From positions 87,314,051 through 87,378,050 of the forward strand of contig NC_068984.1 in NCBI RefSeq assembly GCF_001194135.2: a stretch of 64,000 bases of DNA. Direction: 5' to 3'. Position numbers and translations under genes: made by a program. The notes beneath the pieces were generated by a model, which was not told the origin of the DNA, made no database searches, and worked only from the letters and a program-made list of their open reading frames with translations. Shown here piece after piece: positions 36,306-47,666 of this stretch. Source of the DNA: Octopus bimaculoides. Taxonomy: Eukaryota. Every line of letters begins with the position of its first letter. Positions within the stretch are counted from its first letter, which is position 1.

Positions 36306-38474
36306 TATAGGAAAGTGGGTTATACATCATTAGATGTACACCACTTTCCTATATAAAATTAAGAATATAACGGAACGCTGAACTCCAGACTATCAACTTA
36401 AACAACATTTATTCAGGTGGTAAATATATACATCTTTAGCTCTTGTTTGTTGTTATAGCTTCTGTGTGTATGAGCATGGTTGTTGGGACGTTGGTATGTA
36501 GATGTAAGCGAGCTGTCGAGCGTAAGTTCGAAAGATGGAGAGAGACAGCTAAACACNNNNNNNNNNNNNNNNNNNNNNNNNNNNNNNNNNNNNNNNNNNN
36601 NNNNNNNNNNNNNNNNNNNNNNNNNNNNNNNNNNNNNNNNNNNNNNNNNNNNNNNNNNNNNNNNNNNNNNNNNNNNNNNNNNNNNNNNNNNNNNNNNNNN
36701 NNNNNNNNNNNNNNNNNNNNNNNNNNNNNNNNNNNNNNNNNNNNNNNNNNNNNNNNNNNNNNNNNNNNNNNNNNNNNNNNNNNNNNNNNNNNNNNNNNNN
36801 NNNNNNNNNNNNNNNNNNNNNNNNNNNNNNNNNNNNNNNNNNNNNNNNNNNNNNNNNNNNNNNNNNNNNNNNNNNNNNNNNNNNNNNNNNNNNNNNNNNN
36901 NNNNNNNNNNNNNNNNNNNNNNNNNNNNNNNNNNNNNNNNNNNNNNNNNNNNNNNNNNNNNNNNNNNNNNNNNNNNNNNNNNNNNNNNNNNNNNNNNNNN
37001 NNNNNNNNNNNNNNNNNNNNNAAATTCCACAAGGAGATAGAATGTCTGTACTCAGGAAGTCGTGGTCAGTTGTGACCGGTTACCTGGTACGGAATATTCA
37101 ATTCGGCTAGCTCTTACTGTTGTGCGTGAGTGGATAAATTCCACTCCACAGTGAAGATAAAACCGAGTGTGTTGATCTGGTGTGTCCCTGGTGGTGGGGT
37201 TGTTGGCGCACGACATTGTGGTAGACAGTACATTGATGGTGAAGACGTCAGCACAGGAACTGTAATATAGCTGTGTTCTGTATGTGTGGTGGTAATGATG
37301 TCTTGTTGAAACTTGGCGACGTCGGGGGGAATGCTTGTAGTTGGTAGTAGTAGTTGTTGTCGTCGCGGTGGTAATCTTGGTTGAACGAAGCTGGTGGCGA
37401 AAAGGCTGCTCGTTGATGATGGTTGAAGAGGTGCGCTTTCACAGACGGTCGACAGACAAATCTCTGTACGACCATTAGCGAAAACCTCGAAGAAAATTTT
37501 CTTAACCCAAGATGAAAGAACGACCGTGCGAACTCAAAAAGGAGAAATGGTGACGAATGGAAAAACAGAGGACTCCTTTTATTTAAACGTGTCACACGTC
37601 GAATACAAAAAATAATTTTTCAATGATGATATACAAATATGTTATACTACGATAACATAGATTTCGTAAATACCAGTAATGAGACGATAGAAAAAAAAAA
37701 CAACCGTATGAAATGAATAACAAGAGATATTTAGTGTGGTATAAAAGATGTATGTGTATGTGAGAGTGTGAATGCGACATATAAGAACATAATAAAAGAC
37801 AGGCCGTCTATATGTATGTGAGATATCACAGCAGATAGAAAGTCAGTACACGTGAGAGTTTTATACCAAGTTCTTGAGTACACAATTGGAAAGTCGTGTT
37901 GACTATGGTTGGAGATGTTGGTGGTCATCGTTGCTTGGTAGTTCAGTCTCAATGGCCGCATTTGTTCTTTAGTCGGGGTTCACCAGTTATAGGTTGGTAG
38001 TCCAGAATCCATGCTGCGTTTTTCTTCGTCGGGGTCACCACTTTATAGGAAAGTGGGTTATTGTAGCTCAGCGGGCTGCGTGTTCGAATCACGTCGGGGG
38101 TCACCACTTTATATAGGAAAGTAGGTTATATATCATTAGATGTATACCTGACTTTCCTATATAAAATTAGAAATTAAACGGAACGCTGAACTCCAGACTA
38201 TCAACTTAAACAACATTTATTCAGGTGGTAAATATATACATCTTTAGCTCTTGTTTGTTGTTATAGCTTCTGTGTGTATGAGCATGGTTGTTGGGACGTT
38301 GGTATGTAGATGTAAGCGAGCTGTCGAGCCTAAGTTCGAAAGATGGAGAGAGACAGCTAAAAACGTCCATGCTCAATCGCTGGCCAGCAAGAAAGCGACA
38401 GAATAGAAGCGAGAACGCTTGGTTGTTGAATTCCACGCATGCGTGAGACTACGCATGCGCACAGCGTTACTACA
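36306..38474 (-). mobile_element. Non-autonomous LTR element (TRIM-like), copy 1, tRNA-Trp PBS
   Basis: Direct repeats at 36306-(gap) and 38112-38474; TSD ATAC at 36302-36305 and 38475-38478. The minus-strand 5' LTR starts TGTAGTAAC and is followed by TGGTGACCCCCGACG (PBS). No recognisable gag/pol in the sequenced interior. Confidence 0.88.
37972..38106 (-). other. Tandem tRNA-Trp primer-binding-site cassettes (3 units)
   Basis: GTCGGGG(T)TCACCA ends at 37985, 38040 and 38106. The last extends to GGCTGCGTGTTCGAATCACGTCGGGGGTCACCA (38074-38106). Confidence 0.85.
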
Positions 38475-41036
38475 ATACCAACGCACCCACAAAATCCAGA
38501 AACAACACAAAAAACTTGCAACAAACCAAAACCAAAATTCTCCGACAGAATGGGTGATCTCCAGGGATTGTAAACAAGAACATCTACAAAACTTTAATAG
38601 TAGAAACACCCACAATTAGTCGGAAAGACAGAATACTAGCCTCTCCATAAGAATGAAATAAGTGAGCCTGTCTCGCTTTTCGCCTTCTGTCTAACATGAT
38701 CTTACTTAGAATAGGCAGTGTGAAAGCATGTAATCTTGGGTTGCCTTGGAAACATGGTCAATTGCTCAACGACCTCACGTGACTAAATATATATGTGATA
38801 ATTATCAAAGAAACGAGAATTTTCGAGCGACGCACCTTCACGACCATTTTCGGAAGTTACGAGCTGTGGGCATCTCTAAGTTGGCTGAGATTAAGAGGCA
38901 GAGTTGTGTCATTTCGGAAAGGTCTGGCCCTTCGATAGAGATCATCCTGGACCCAGAAGGTAAGTTGGTAGTAATGAACGTAACTAACAGCGAAAACCAT
39001 TTCTTCAAACTAGTGACCGTCTACGCCCCAACAAGAGCGGGGCGGTTTGATTTCTTTTGTTGTTTAATGGCCTTTCTAGGAACATCCTGCACTTTAGGGT
39101 TAGTGGGCGATCGGAACATCATCTTCGATGTGTGCAGATTGAAGAGATAGTAATTGCAAAAACCTTACAAACCTAATCAAATGCTTCCAACTGTCTGACA
39201 GGTAACGGCTGGCTTTCACGAAAATTCAAATGTGGACATAGATAAACCGCATCGGGCCATGCAAGTCGTATCTAGATAGAATATTCTGTTGGTCAGTAGA
39301 TAAGGATAGCAGAGATTGTCTACAATTTAAAATCGTCGACTAATCAGATCACAAATTTGTGGTCTATACGGTGGACCTAGATATGTTTAGTATACTAGGA
39401 TCCTGGAAGCTGAATGCGTCGCTCTCGGCGCATCAGATTTACAAGGACGTATCAATTGATTAATTGAAGGGGAAACAGTCAACGATAAATGCTGGTTCTC
39501 CTTGAAAAAAAGCGATTAGAGTATAACCAACAAGGTTATTTAAGAAAGTAGCAATGAAGAAAACTATTTTAAAAGGAGACCTAGCCAGAAACATAGAAGG
39601 GGCACTTAGGAAAGGCATCTCAACTGATGTGCTTGCAGTGAGATTGGCACTCGACCCATTCTTGAAGGCAAAGCACACGAAGGTTGCGTTGTGAGAGCTA
39701 AGGCGCGTGCTCTAAGACTGGAAAAAAACGAAAGCTGTTCGATGGGCCTGAGCGACAGAGGCACAACGTGACAAATTCACAATTTGGTCTTTGATGGACA
39801 TGATAAGCACGAGTTACCTAATCAAATATGCGCGACTTTTCAGTGACACTTTGTTCGACTGTTTGGGATAAATGGCGGGTCGCATTGCAGAATGGACTCC
39901 AGTGCATAGCACGATGGCCTATTGCGGCTCTCGGCAATGAAGATGGAGTTGATATGAAGAGTTGATAACAACCGTGAAAATACGGAAAGCAATGGTTAGC
40001 TTTATGGGCAGCAAATCACAAAATTTGGATGGTCTACTCTATAACCTTTATTTTAATATGCCATTGGCAGACAGTACAACAGAAGAATCCCCAGTTCTGT
40101 AAGTTAAGAAGCGGTTGTGCTGCCGAAAAAGATCTGAATAAAAGGGACTACATTGATAATTAACGGCTAAATGCATATTTCAAAATTTTGTCTAAGGTAT
40201 TAACGAAGAGGTTGACGTTTGTCGTCGGTGGTCTGACTGGTGAAGTACAAACAAGCACCATCCCAAAGAGAGAAACACCACGTCTTGTGATACATCATAG
40301 AGAGGTGGCAATCAAGGCCCCTACCCTGGTATGGGCGGGAACTTGATCAACTTAGATCAATCGAAAGACTTCGATCGGGGTGACCACAAGTATTTGGTGA
40401 CTGTTCTCACAGCAACCGCTTTCGGTCACGTTGGCTTTTCCTCTTTCCGGCGTTTTTGGTTCCAGACTTTTTAAGGTCTAGCCGCTGACCACAAGACACA
40501 GTCAGTTCCAGCGACAACGCCAGACACCACCACCACAGCAGCTACATTGAGACTCACCAACTTCGTCCAACAACATTACGGCAACCTCCCTCTTCGTCGC
40601 CAACATCATGTTCTTCTTAACATCGTCAACATCATCTCTCTACGTACACAGCTCAGCAAGCAATTTACCCAGGTTCCAACACTTCACTGTTCATGAATTA
40701 CTTCACCATGGATCAACAACGAATATACAACCTGCAAGAATACCTGTATCAAGTGACCCAGGCAGCAGCATCACAGCCACGACTTCATGTACCTGTAACC
40801 GACTCAGCATCATAGCCGCAACTTCTTGATACAGTATTTCAACTACTGTGTACGACTAACTACAAACTGGTATTATTCATCTTCTATGAACTTACTTCTC
40901 ACTTCAATGGCTATAGACTCTTTCACTGTCATCATCTTCATTGCCATCCTTATATGTTTTTAACACGCGCATACATCTACGCTTACACACACACATACAC
41001 TTTGTTCTCATGACGGCCTGTCTATTATTCTGTATA

Positions 41037-41742
41037 TGGCTTTCCTATAAGTAGGTTATCTCCCTTGGCTAGGCGGCGCTCCATGTAGATAATTAAACTT
41101 CCGGAGACTACCCACGCCATTGTTATTGTTTTACGTCTTATCATGGATATAAAGCATCTTGATGATTCAGCTATCGAAGTACTTACTGTGCCTGAGTTAA
41201 AGAAATATTTAAGATTATATGGACAGTATGTTACTGGAAGAAAGGCGGACTTGACTGAAAGGTTGAAAGGAATAAAAATTCTGTCGATGAAGAATGTCAA
41301 CAAAGTAAATTCATCGGACGATACTTCAGACAGGAATAAGCAGAAACTTATATCTCCTCTCGGTGAAGTATTGCCTGATCTAAAGATCTTTGTAAGTTGC
41401 CGAATTTCACAGATAATGACATAATTACCTCGTGCTACGGATGAAAGTAAAGCAACAGTTAAGGAGTGGCATATTTTACCACGACAGACACGTACACAGC
41501 ATCGAATACCACGATGTGAGTGAAAGCTGCTCTCACTGTATTGTCCGGTGTCTGGTAATCCCTTCGATACCGACATCAAACCAAAAAAAGAATCCTGACC
41601 ACAGAGTGTGGGTAATTATGTCAAATGTCACTGGCAATGTGCATTCAGCTGATTGCAACTGTTAAAGCAAGTCACTGAGCATGCGTACATGTCATACGGG
41701 AGAGTTCCAATCAGGGGTGGATAACACTTTATAGGAACCCCC
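41037..41742 (+). mobile_element. TIR element carrying a truncated SAP-SWIM ORF (ISL2EU/PHIS-like accessory gene relic)
   Basis: Imperfect ~35-bp TIRs (GGCTTTCCTATAAGTAGGTTATC versus GGGGTTCCTATAAAGTGTTATC on the opposite strand). ORF from 41143 has the SAP motif LTVPELKKYLRLYGQYVTGRKADLTERLK; after frameshifts it reads HRVWVIMSNVTGNVHSADCNC* (start of SWIM). Confidence 0.7.
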
Positions 41743-42475
41743 TATACATGACGCACACACAGGCACACATGTTAACATATCAATAAATCTTCTCTTAATC
41801 ATTCTCACCCGGTTGTCTCTTTTCCATCTGGCACTTATTAGTAGTATTCAATTTTCTCTTTATTGTAAGGGCTGTGTGATGTGGTACTAAAAAGCCATTC
41901 TCTCACTTCACATCGCACAGTCCTTTACAGTATAAATGTGAATAGGTAATCTGGGTATAGAAGCTGTAGGTTTTGGAGCAGTTGTCTGTAGTTGTCCCTT
42001 TACTTTGCTGGTAAATACTTTGTCATGTCTGTCCCAAACAACTATATCCGGTCAGTTATGTTATGTAAGTATTCATAACAGGGTAGTGCTCTATATTTTT
42101 CTCATTACGGTCATTTTTTCGGATGGAATTGTAAATTGTTTTAGTGCCAATGTTGTGTAACATTAGCAGGTAGTGTGCCTTATGACGTTTTTTGACAACC
42201 ACAGAAATGTGACATGATGTTTTCGGTTACACCTCGAAGCTCCTAGGACTTCACTGTCTTTTTTGTTTTTAGGTAGTTTGTTGTAATCGCTTGCTCTTGG
42301 ATTGCAAACGCACAACCTTCGAAGTGTGATGTGATGTAGCGGTCACGAGTCCAAGAAAGGCTGCACTTCATGTCGATATTAATTTCATCTTTAAGTCTTC
42401 GAGAGTCCGTTTGCTTGCTTTCTTTCTTTCTTTCTGGTAGAGCATTTTACATCATATTTTCATTGAGATATGTTA

Positions 42476-42917
42476 GTTTTAGGCTTCGGTTTAGTGTTAT
42501 GCTTTAGCGTTTAGAATTATAGTTTAGGGTTAAAGTTTGGGTTAGAGTTAAGGTTAGGGTTTAGGGTATAAGACTATGTTAGAGTTATGGTTGGTGTTTA
42601 GGGTTTAGGGTTATTGTTAAAGTTTAGATTCTAGGTTTAGGGTTAAAGTAAGTGTTTAGGATTAGAGATTAGGGTTGGGGTTAAGATTACGATTAGAGTT
42701 AGGGTTTAATATTACGATTAGGGTTTAGAGTTAGGGTTAGGGTTTAGCACTCGAGTCGAGGTTAGGTTTAGGGTCTAGTTTTAGGGTTTAGGTTAGGGTT
42801 TAGTGTTTGGGGTTAGGTTTAGTGTTAGGGTTAAGGGTGAGGGTTTATGGTTAAGGTTAATGTTAGGGTTTGGAGTTAAAGTTTGAGTTAGGGTTTAGGG
42901 TTAGGGTTAATGTTATG
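42476..42917 (+). repeat. Degenerate telomere-like (TTAGGG/TTTAGGG) interstitial array
   Basis: About 440 bp of TTAGGG, TTTAGGG and variants, with few uninterrupted runs. Confidence 0.9.
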
Positions 42918-43609
42918 TAAATGGCCTGGTAAACTGATATGAATTCACTAATATGCCATCCATAGATATGATAATTTTGATCAGGTACAGTAATCCCTTC
43001 TTCAAGTTGTAAAGTGTTTGTGATATAGTCAATTGAGCTTTGATCTTTGCTAGATTAAGTTGCCATATTTATTTCCAGTTTAAGTAAGTACCTCAAGCAG
43101 CTTCTAATTTGATCGGCTTTTATCCTTTTTGAACTGACTACTATGGTTTCTGTTCTTCGACCGAAAGGAAAATTTATCCCGCTCATATCGCCGAGTGTTT
43201 CAAAACCTCAAAAGCATCTTTAAACGATATATGTCGGTTTTTATAAAAAGAAAAAAATCTACAAAAAGAAATTAGAATCTGCGTGTTCACAATAGCCGTT
43301 ATCTCATTAATTGTTTGAAACAGTGGTTCTTTACCGAGATCCATACGACCCCTCAGGGTCCATAATAGATTTTGTAGAGTCTGCGTAAATAAAATAGTAA
43401 ATTAGGGAACCACAGTAGTTTATTAAGGATCCATGAAAAATGTTTGCTTTCGATGTATTTATTACAAGAAAAACTAAGTTTCTTTTGCAAATGTTTTACG
43501 AAGTTCAGCCTACATAATATATATGTATATAATATGTATGTGTGTGTGTGTGTGTGTGTGTATAATGTACATGATGTGACTATATATATATATATATATA
43601 TATATACAC

Positions 43610-43647
<38 letters not shown>

Positions 43648-44419
43648 AGAATGGAGAAACAAACACAAAAAGAAGCAATTCGGTTGGGCTAGTTAGCCAT
43701 TGTTTTAATTATGTGGAGATTATATAAGGCTGCGAGCTGCATTTCGGTGGTTTAGCCCTCATCGTCATCCACTGGTCTTGACTCGTAGCTTACCGGTTGA
43801 AAAGCGAGTGCTTTTATTGTCTTACGAATACTGCTTCCTTGTGGCGACAACGTGCTAAATACATAGCTGATGTTCTTATCAGAAAAAGGGCGCCAAAATG
43901 AAATTGTTAAATGACCATCCCATATTGTTTACCCAAGGAAGGTGCTTGTTTACAACAACTGGGATTTAATGAATTAAAGATCTGCTCGATTTAATGTATT
44001 TGAGCGGTCAGCTAGCAACTGATAAAAAATGGTTAAAATGTTTTTCAGACTTGAATGAGTTAGTTTACTGACGTCAATCATTGATGATACTCTGATTATT
44101 GTTATTCAGTTATTTGTAAATGTGAATATGATGATTCTGTTTCGATTTTTAAATGGTGATGGTGATTATAGTCATGATGTCAGTGGTTTGTCTACATTTT
44201 AGTTTGTCACTTCTATTACAAACTTGAGTTGGTTTTATATGTCGTTTGTGTCACTAAGATCACAAGAGTTTGAATAAGACTCATCTCAGTGTCAATTATT
44301 TGACTACAAGGTTGTTTAACTGTGAAGTGTTTTAAGTTTGGGTTTATTTCATTACTTGATATGTCCCGCGTAATGACGACGTATTTCATCGTCTGTGTGA
44401 CTGACTCGTACGGCGTACC

Positions 44420-46195
44420 TCGCCGACTGTTTTCCTTATTTGGCACGCAGGCCATGACACAGAAAGGACGGCACAAGGACAGACAGAACACCACAGTGGG
44501 GACAAAAAACAAACCGAATGAATGAGAGATGGATAATAATTAAATGAGGATGTAATGGCTGCTTGAACCCCACTCTCAAGCAGTACCATTTAATTGTTTT
44601 AATACAAAGTTTTTATATAATTTTTTTCCTCTTTTTTTTTCCTTTTAGTATCGTATGTGTAGTCTTTAAAATTTTAAAAGCTTACTCACGCTTTACCATT
44701 TTATATATGGCAACAAGTCGTCCTAATCTATAACTGGCGGTAGGTCGTCAACTCTACCCTCACTCCCATTGGGTTTATTTTGTTTCCAAATCATTTCTTC
44801 AATTTCTCATATCTTTCTTTGTCTATAGCTATGGCTTTTGTACTTTCTGGGTAATGTTCCGTTGGTAATTTAACTCTTATCACCGGTTTAAATTTGGTGA
44901 TTTTTCCTTCTATATCTGTGTTTTTTGTATACGTTACCATATGCCATTTGTTTTTTCCGGGTCTTTTGACTGTTCGTTCTTGCAGTGTAATTAGGTTGTC
45001 TGTGATGGTTTCCTTTCCTTTTTCCTTCGTTGTTGATGCTGGTGGAGGTTCATGTAGTGAAAAATATGTACAGTCTATTTCACTCTCCTTCTTTTTCTTT
45101 ATTGGACTCTTCGGAGATGAGTTCACTAGTTCTTTCCTTTTTCTTTTGGTTACCTCCGTAAATGGTTCATCCACTTCTTTCGTGCATTTTTCATTTTCTA
45201 GGTCCGCCACTTCGGCATTCTGCTCCTGTTGGCTTTCCTCGTTTTTATTTTCTCTCTGAGGACACTTTACTCTAATATGTCCTTTTTCGCCTCATTGATA
45301 GCAAGTTGGTGGCCTTCCTTCTACTACCACCCTCAACATTATGTCCTCCGGTAGTATTATTTCTTCAGCAATTTCATTTAGATCTTGTTTTCCGACCTGG
45401 ATGATCATTTCTAGTTCGTATCCCCATCAATTTACCTTCTTTGTCCTTGAATTTTGGCGTCTTCCTCAGTTACGTGCATTACGGCTGTCACCAGCCACGC
45501 TTCTTTGATTTCTGGTGGCACTCTACCTATTGTCACTCTGGTGACCCTTTTGCCGTAGTCGGTAGATAGGAGTATCCATTTTTCCATGTTCAGCGTCACA
45601 GTGGAGTGATTTATTGCCTCCTGTTCGTTGGCAAATCTCACCTCCACTGTGCCGTATTTTCTTCCTCTTGTATAGAATGTTGTCAGGTGCTTAATTTCCT
45701 TCAGACATTCTTCAATTGCTTCTTCCGTAGCTATCTCTATTTCTTTATTTTCTTTGTTGTTGTAGATAGTGTTCTGTACACCAATGTTTTTTCTTGGTAC
45801 TTGTCACTTCTTCTGGAGGGATCAGTTTTAAACTGGATCCTTCTGAATCAGCCTGTAGTATTCCTTTAGCTTCCTTTGTTCAATTTTAATTTCTCACATT
45901 TCTAGAGAATTTGCACCTTTCCCAGCTGCTGAAGCATAACTCCCGGTATGTGCTGGAACTGGTTCACACTTCATCTTTTCCTTTTTTCAGTTACTTCGAC
46001 CCAAAATGGGGGAGAAGACAAACACAAAATTTAAGACCCGCAGGCAAAAACAGCAACGTATTTAACAAATTCAACAAAACATGGTTCATCCGCGCGGGAG
46101 AACCTTCAGCAAAGATACAACAAAGTATAACACGACTTACGTCAACCGGGATCAAAAATGATTTAACACTAACAAAATTGGGTCGGTGACTGTAA
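44420..46195 (-). mobile_element. Gag-like ORF1-only retroelement, near-full copy
   Basis: Disrupted ORF at about 45960-44791 contains EVRFANEQEA..RVTIGRVPPEI and the zinc knuckle RVVVEGRPPTCYQ*GEKGHIRVKCP. The stop is followed by a pyrimidine-rich 3' UTR; no ORF2. Confidence 0.65.
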
Positions 46196-46199
46196 GTCT

Positions 46200-46880
46200 T
46201 TTTATTTGGCATCTAGGCCATGATACAGAGGGGACAGCACAAGGACAGACAGAACACCACAGTGGAGACCAAAAACATAAGACGAATGAAAAATGGGAAA
46301 ATAAAACAATGAAATCGATGTAGATGAAATGGCTGCATGCACCCCACTCACATGCAGTACCATTTGAACGTTCTTACTTTCAGTTTGTAATCTTTCTTTT
46401 TTTCTCATTTTTTTAACCATTAGCATCATTTTGTTTACTCTTTTTTATTCTTTTTTTTTAAACCATTTTACTCTCTTATTTTAATATCTGATGTAAAGAT
46501 CTAGTTCACTTAGTTCTACTACTGACAGCAGTTCGTCGAACTCCACCACGAAACCCGGCTGCTCAATTTGACACCTTTCCTTCAACTTTTTATATTTTTC
46601 TTTATCGATTAGAATAGCTCTTACGTTTTCACCGTACATCTCCTTGGGCAACTTAACCCTTATAACGGATTTAAGCTTGGTTATCACTCTTTCGGTATAT
46701 ATGTTTTTAGCATATGTCACGCATTTCCAGCTATATTTTCTTTGACTTCTTGCTTGTTTGTCATGTTCCACTCTTGGCGCCACCTCCTCCATTCTGGTTA
46801 GTGTCGCTGCTTCTTCTCTTTGTTGTCCAAAAAGGTTTTCTAGTATGCTTGCTTCTATCTCCTCCTCTTCCTATTATTAT
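46200..46880 (-). mobile_element. Gag-like ORF1-only retroelement, second 5'-truncated paralogous copy
   Basis: WKCVTYAKN..VIRVKLPKEMY..AILIDKEKYKKLK matches WHMVTYTKN..VIRVKLPTEHY..AIAIDKERYEKLK of 44791-45210. The 3' UTR at 46202-46364 is homologous to 44436-44590. Confidence 0.65.
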
Positions 46881-46884
46881 GTAA

Positions 46885-47100
46885 ATTAGCTCCGCCAGAA
46901 AATGGAAAATATTGTAATTTCATACTACCCCCAAAAACTAATGAAACTTGTTTCCAGGAAACAGTCGAACTACTATCAAAAATATTCAGTGATAAAACTT
47001 CCCTAGGAGCGTTGGAATCTAGTTAAAAAAGAGGATGAAGACTTTGTCACGTATGCCGGGACCGTAAATATTCGGAGAGCGTGAAAATTGTGTAGTCCCG
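46885..47100 (+). mobile_element. Ty3/Gypsy-type gag fragment
   Basis: YCNFILPPKTNETCFQETVELLSKIFSDKTSL..W NLVKKEDEDFVTYAGTVN resembles K02A2.6-type gag. Confidence 0.55.
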
Positions 47101-47124
47101 CAGCGACAAGCCACTAAGCAAATA

Positions 47125-47666
47125 TATATACATGTGTTTGGTGGGATAATAAAGGCATTGTTTATTATGAGCTTCTCCCACAAAACCAGACCATTAATTT
47201 TGATATGTATTGTCGTCAACTGGCTAATTTGAACCAAAAGACCAAAGAGTTGAGGCCGGAGATTGCCAACAGGAAAGGGGTAGTGTTCCAACAAGACAAT
47301 GCCCGACCACATGTGTCTTTGGCGACTCAAACAAAGTTACATGAACTTGGCTGGGATCTCTTACCCCATCCACCATATTCTCCTGATATTGTGCCATCCG
47401 ACCACCACTTGTTTTTGTCTCTACAGAACTCATTGCAAGGAAAACATTGAACGATTTAGATGGAGTCAAAATGCATCTAGATAACTTTTTTCCTTCAAAA
47501 CCAGTAAAATTTTATGTTGACGGAATATTTAAATTGCCTGATGGATGGGCAAAGGTCATTAATAGTAATAGAAATTATTTCATTGAATAAAATTTATTGA
47601 AAGGTCAATTATTTATATCCCTTTTTGCATATTAAAAAAACGATCAGAACTTTCCGGACAGCCTAA
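47125..47666 (+). mobile_element. mariner (D34D) transposon 3' half with TIR
   Basis: CVWWDNKGIVYYELL..VFQQDNARPH..WDLLPHPPYSPDIVPSDHHLF. Terminal AAAACGATCAGAACTTTCCGGACAGCCTAA followed by TA. Confidence 0.93.

Larger units (their letters stand above)
35480..40430 (+). mobile_element. Tx1/L1-clade LINE relic (ORF1 remnant, APE endonuclease, RT N-terminus) interrupted by an LTR element
   Basis: Degenerate zinc knuckle near 35520-35600 (VQVVVENK*LRCCKYGNTDLLKTFFP). APE at 38690-39350 (FKLVTVYAPT..FF..LVGDRNIIFD). RT DQSK.FDR.DHKYL near 40340-40400. Confidence 0.75.

Noticed and set aside
37248-37595. gag ORF inside the LTR element
   Set aside because: The 115-aa minus-strand ORF has no capsid or zinc-knuckle motif, and the homologous stretch of copy 2 is deleted or gapped.
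38074-38106. tRNA-Trp gene
   Set aside because: Only the 3' part is present, CCA is encoded, and it abuts an LTR; it is a primer-binding site, not a gene.
42476-42917. True telomere or chromosome end
   Set aside because: Highly degenerate and flanked by ordinary sequence on both sides.
43321-43445. Complete hAT MITE starting CAGTGGTTCT
   Set aside because: It resembles 30904-31241 at the left end, but no right TIR or TSD was found.
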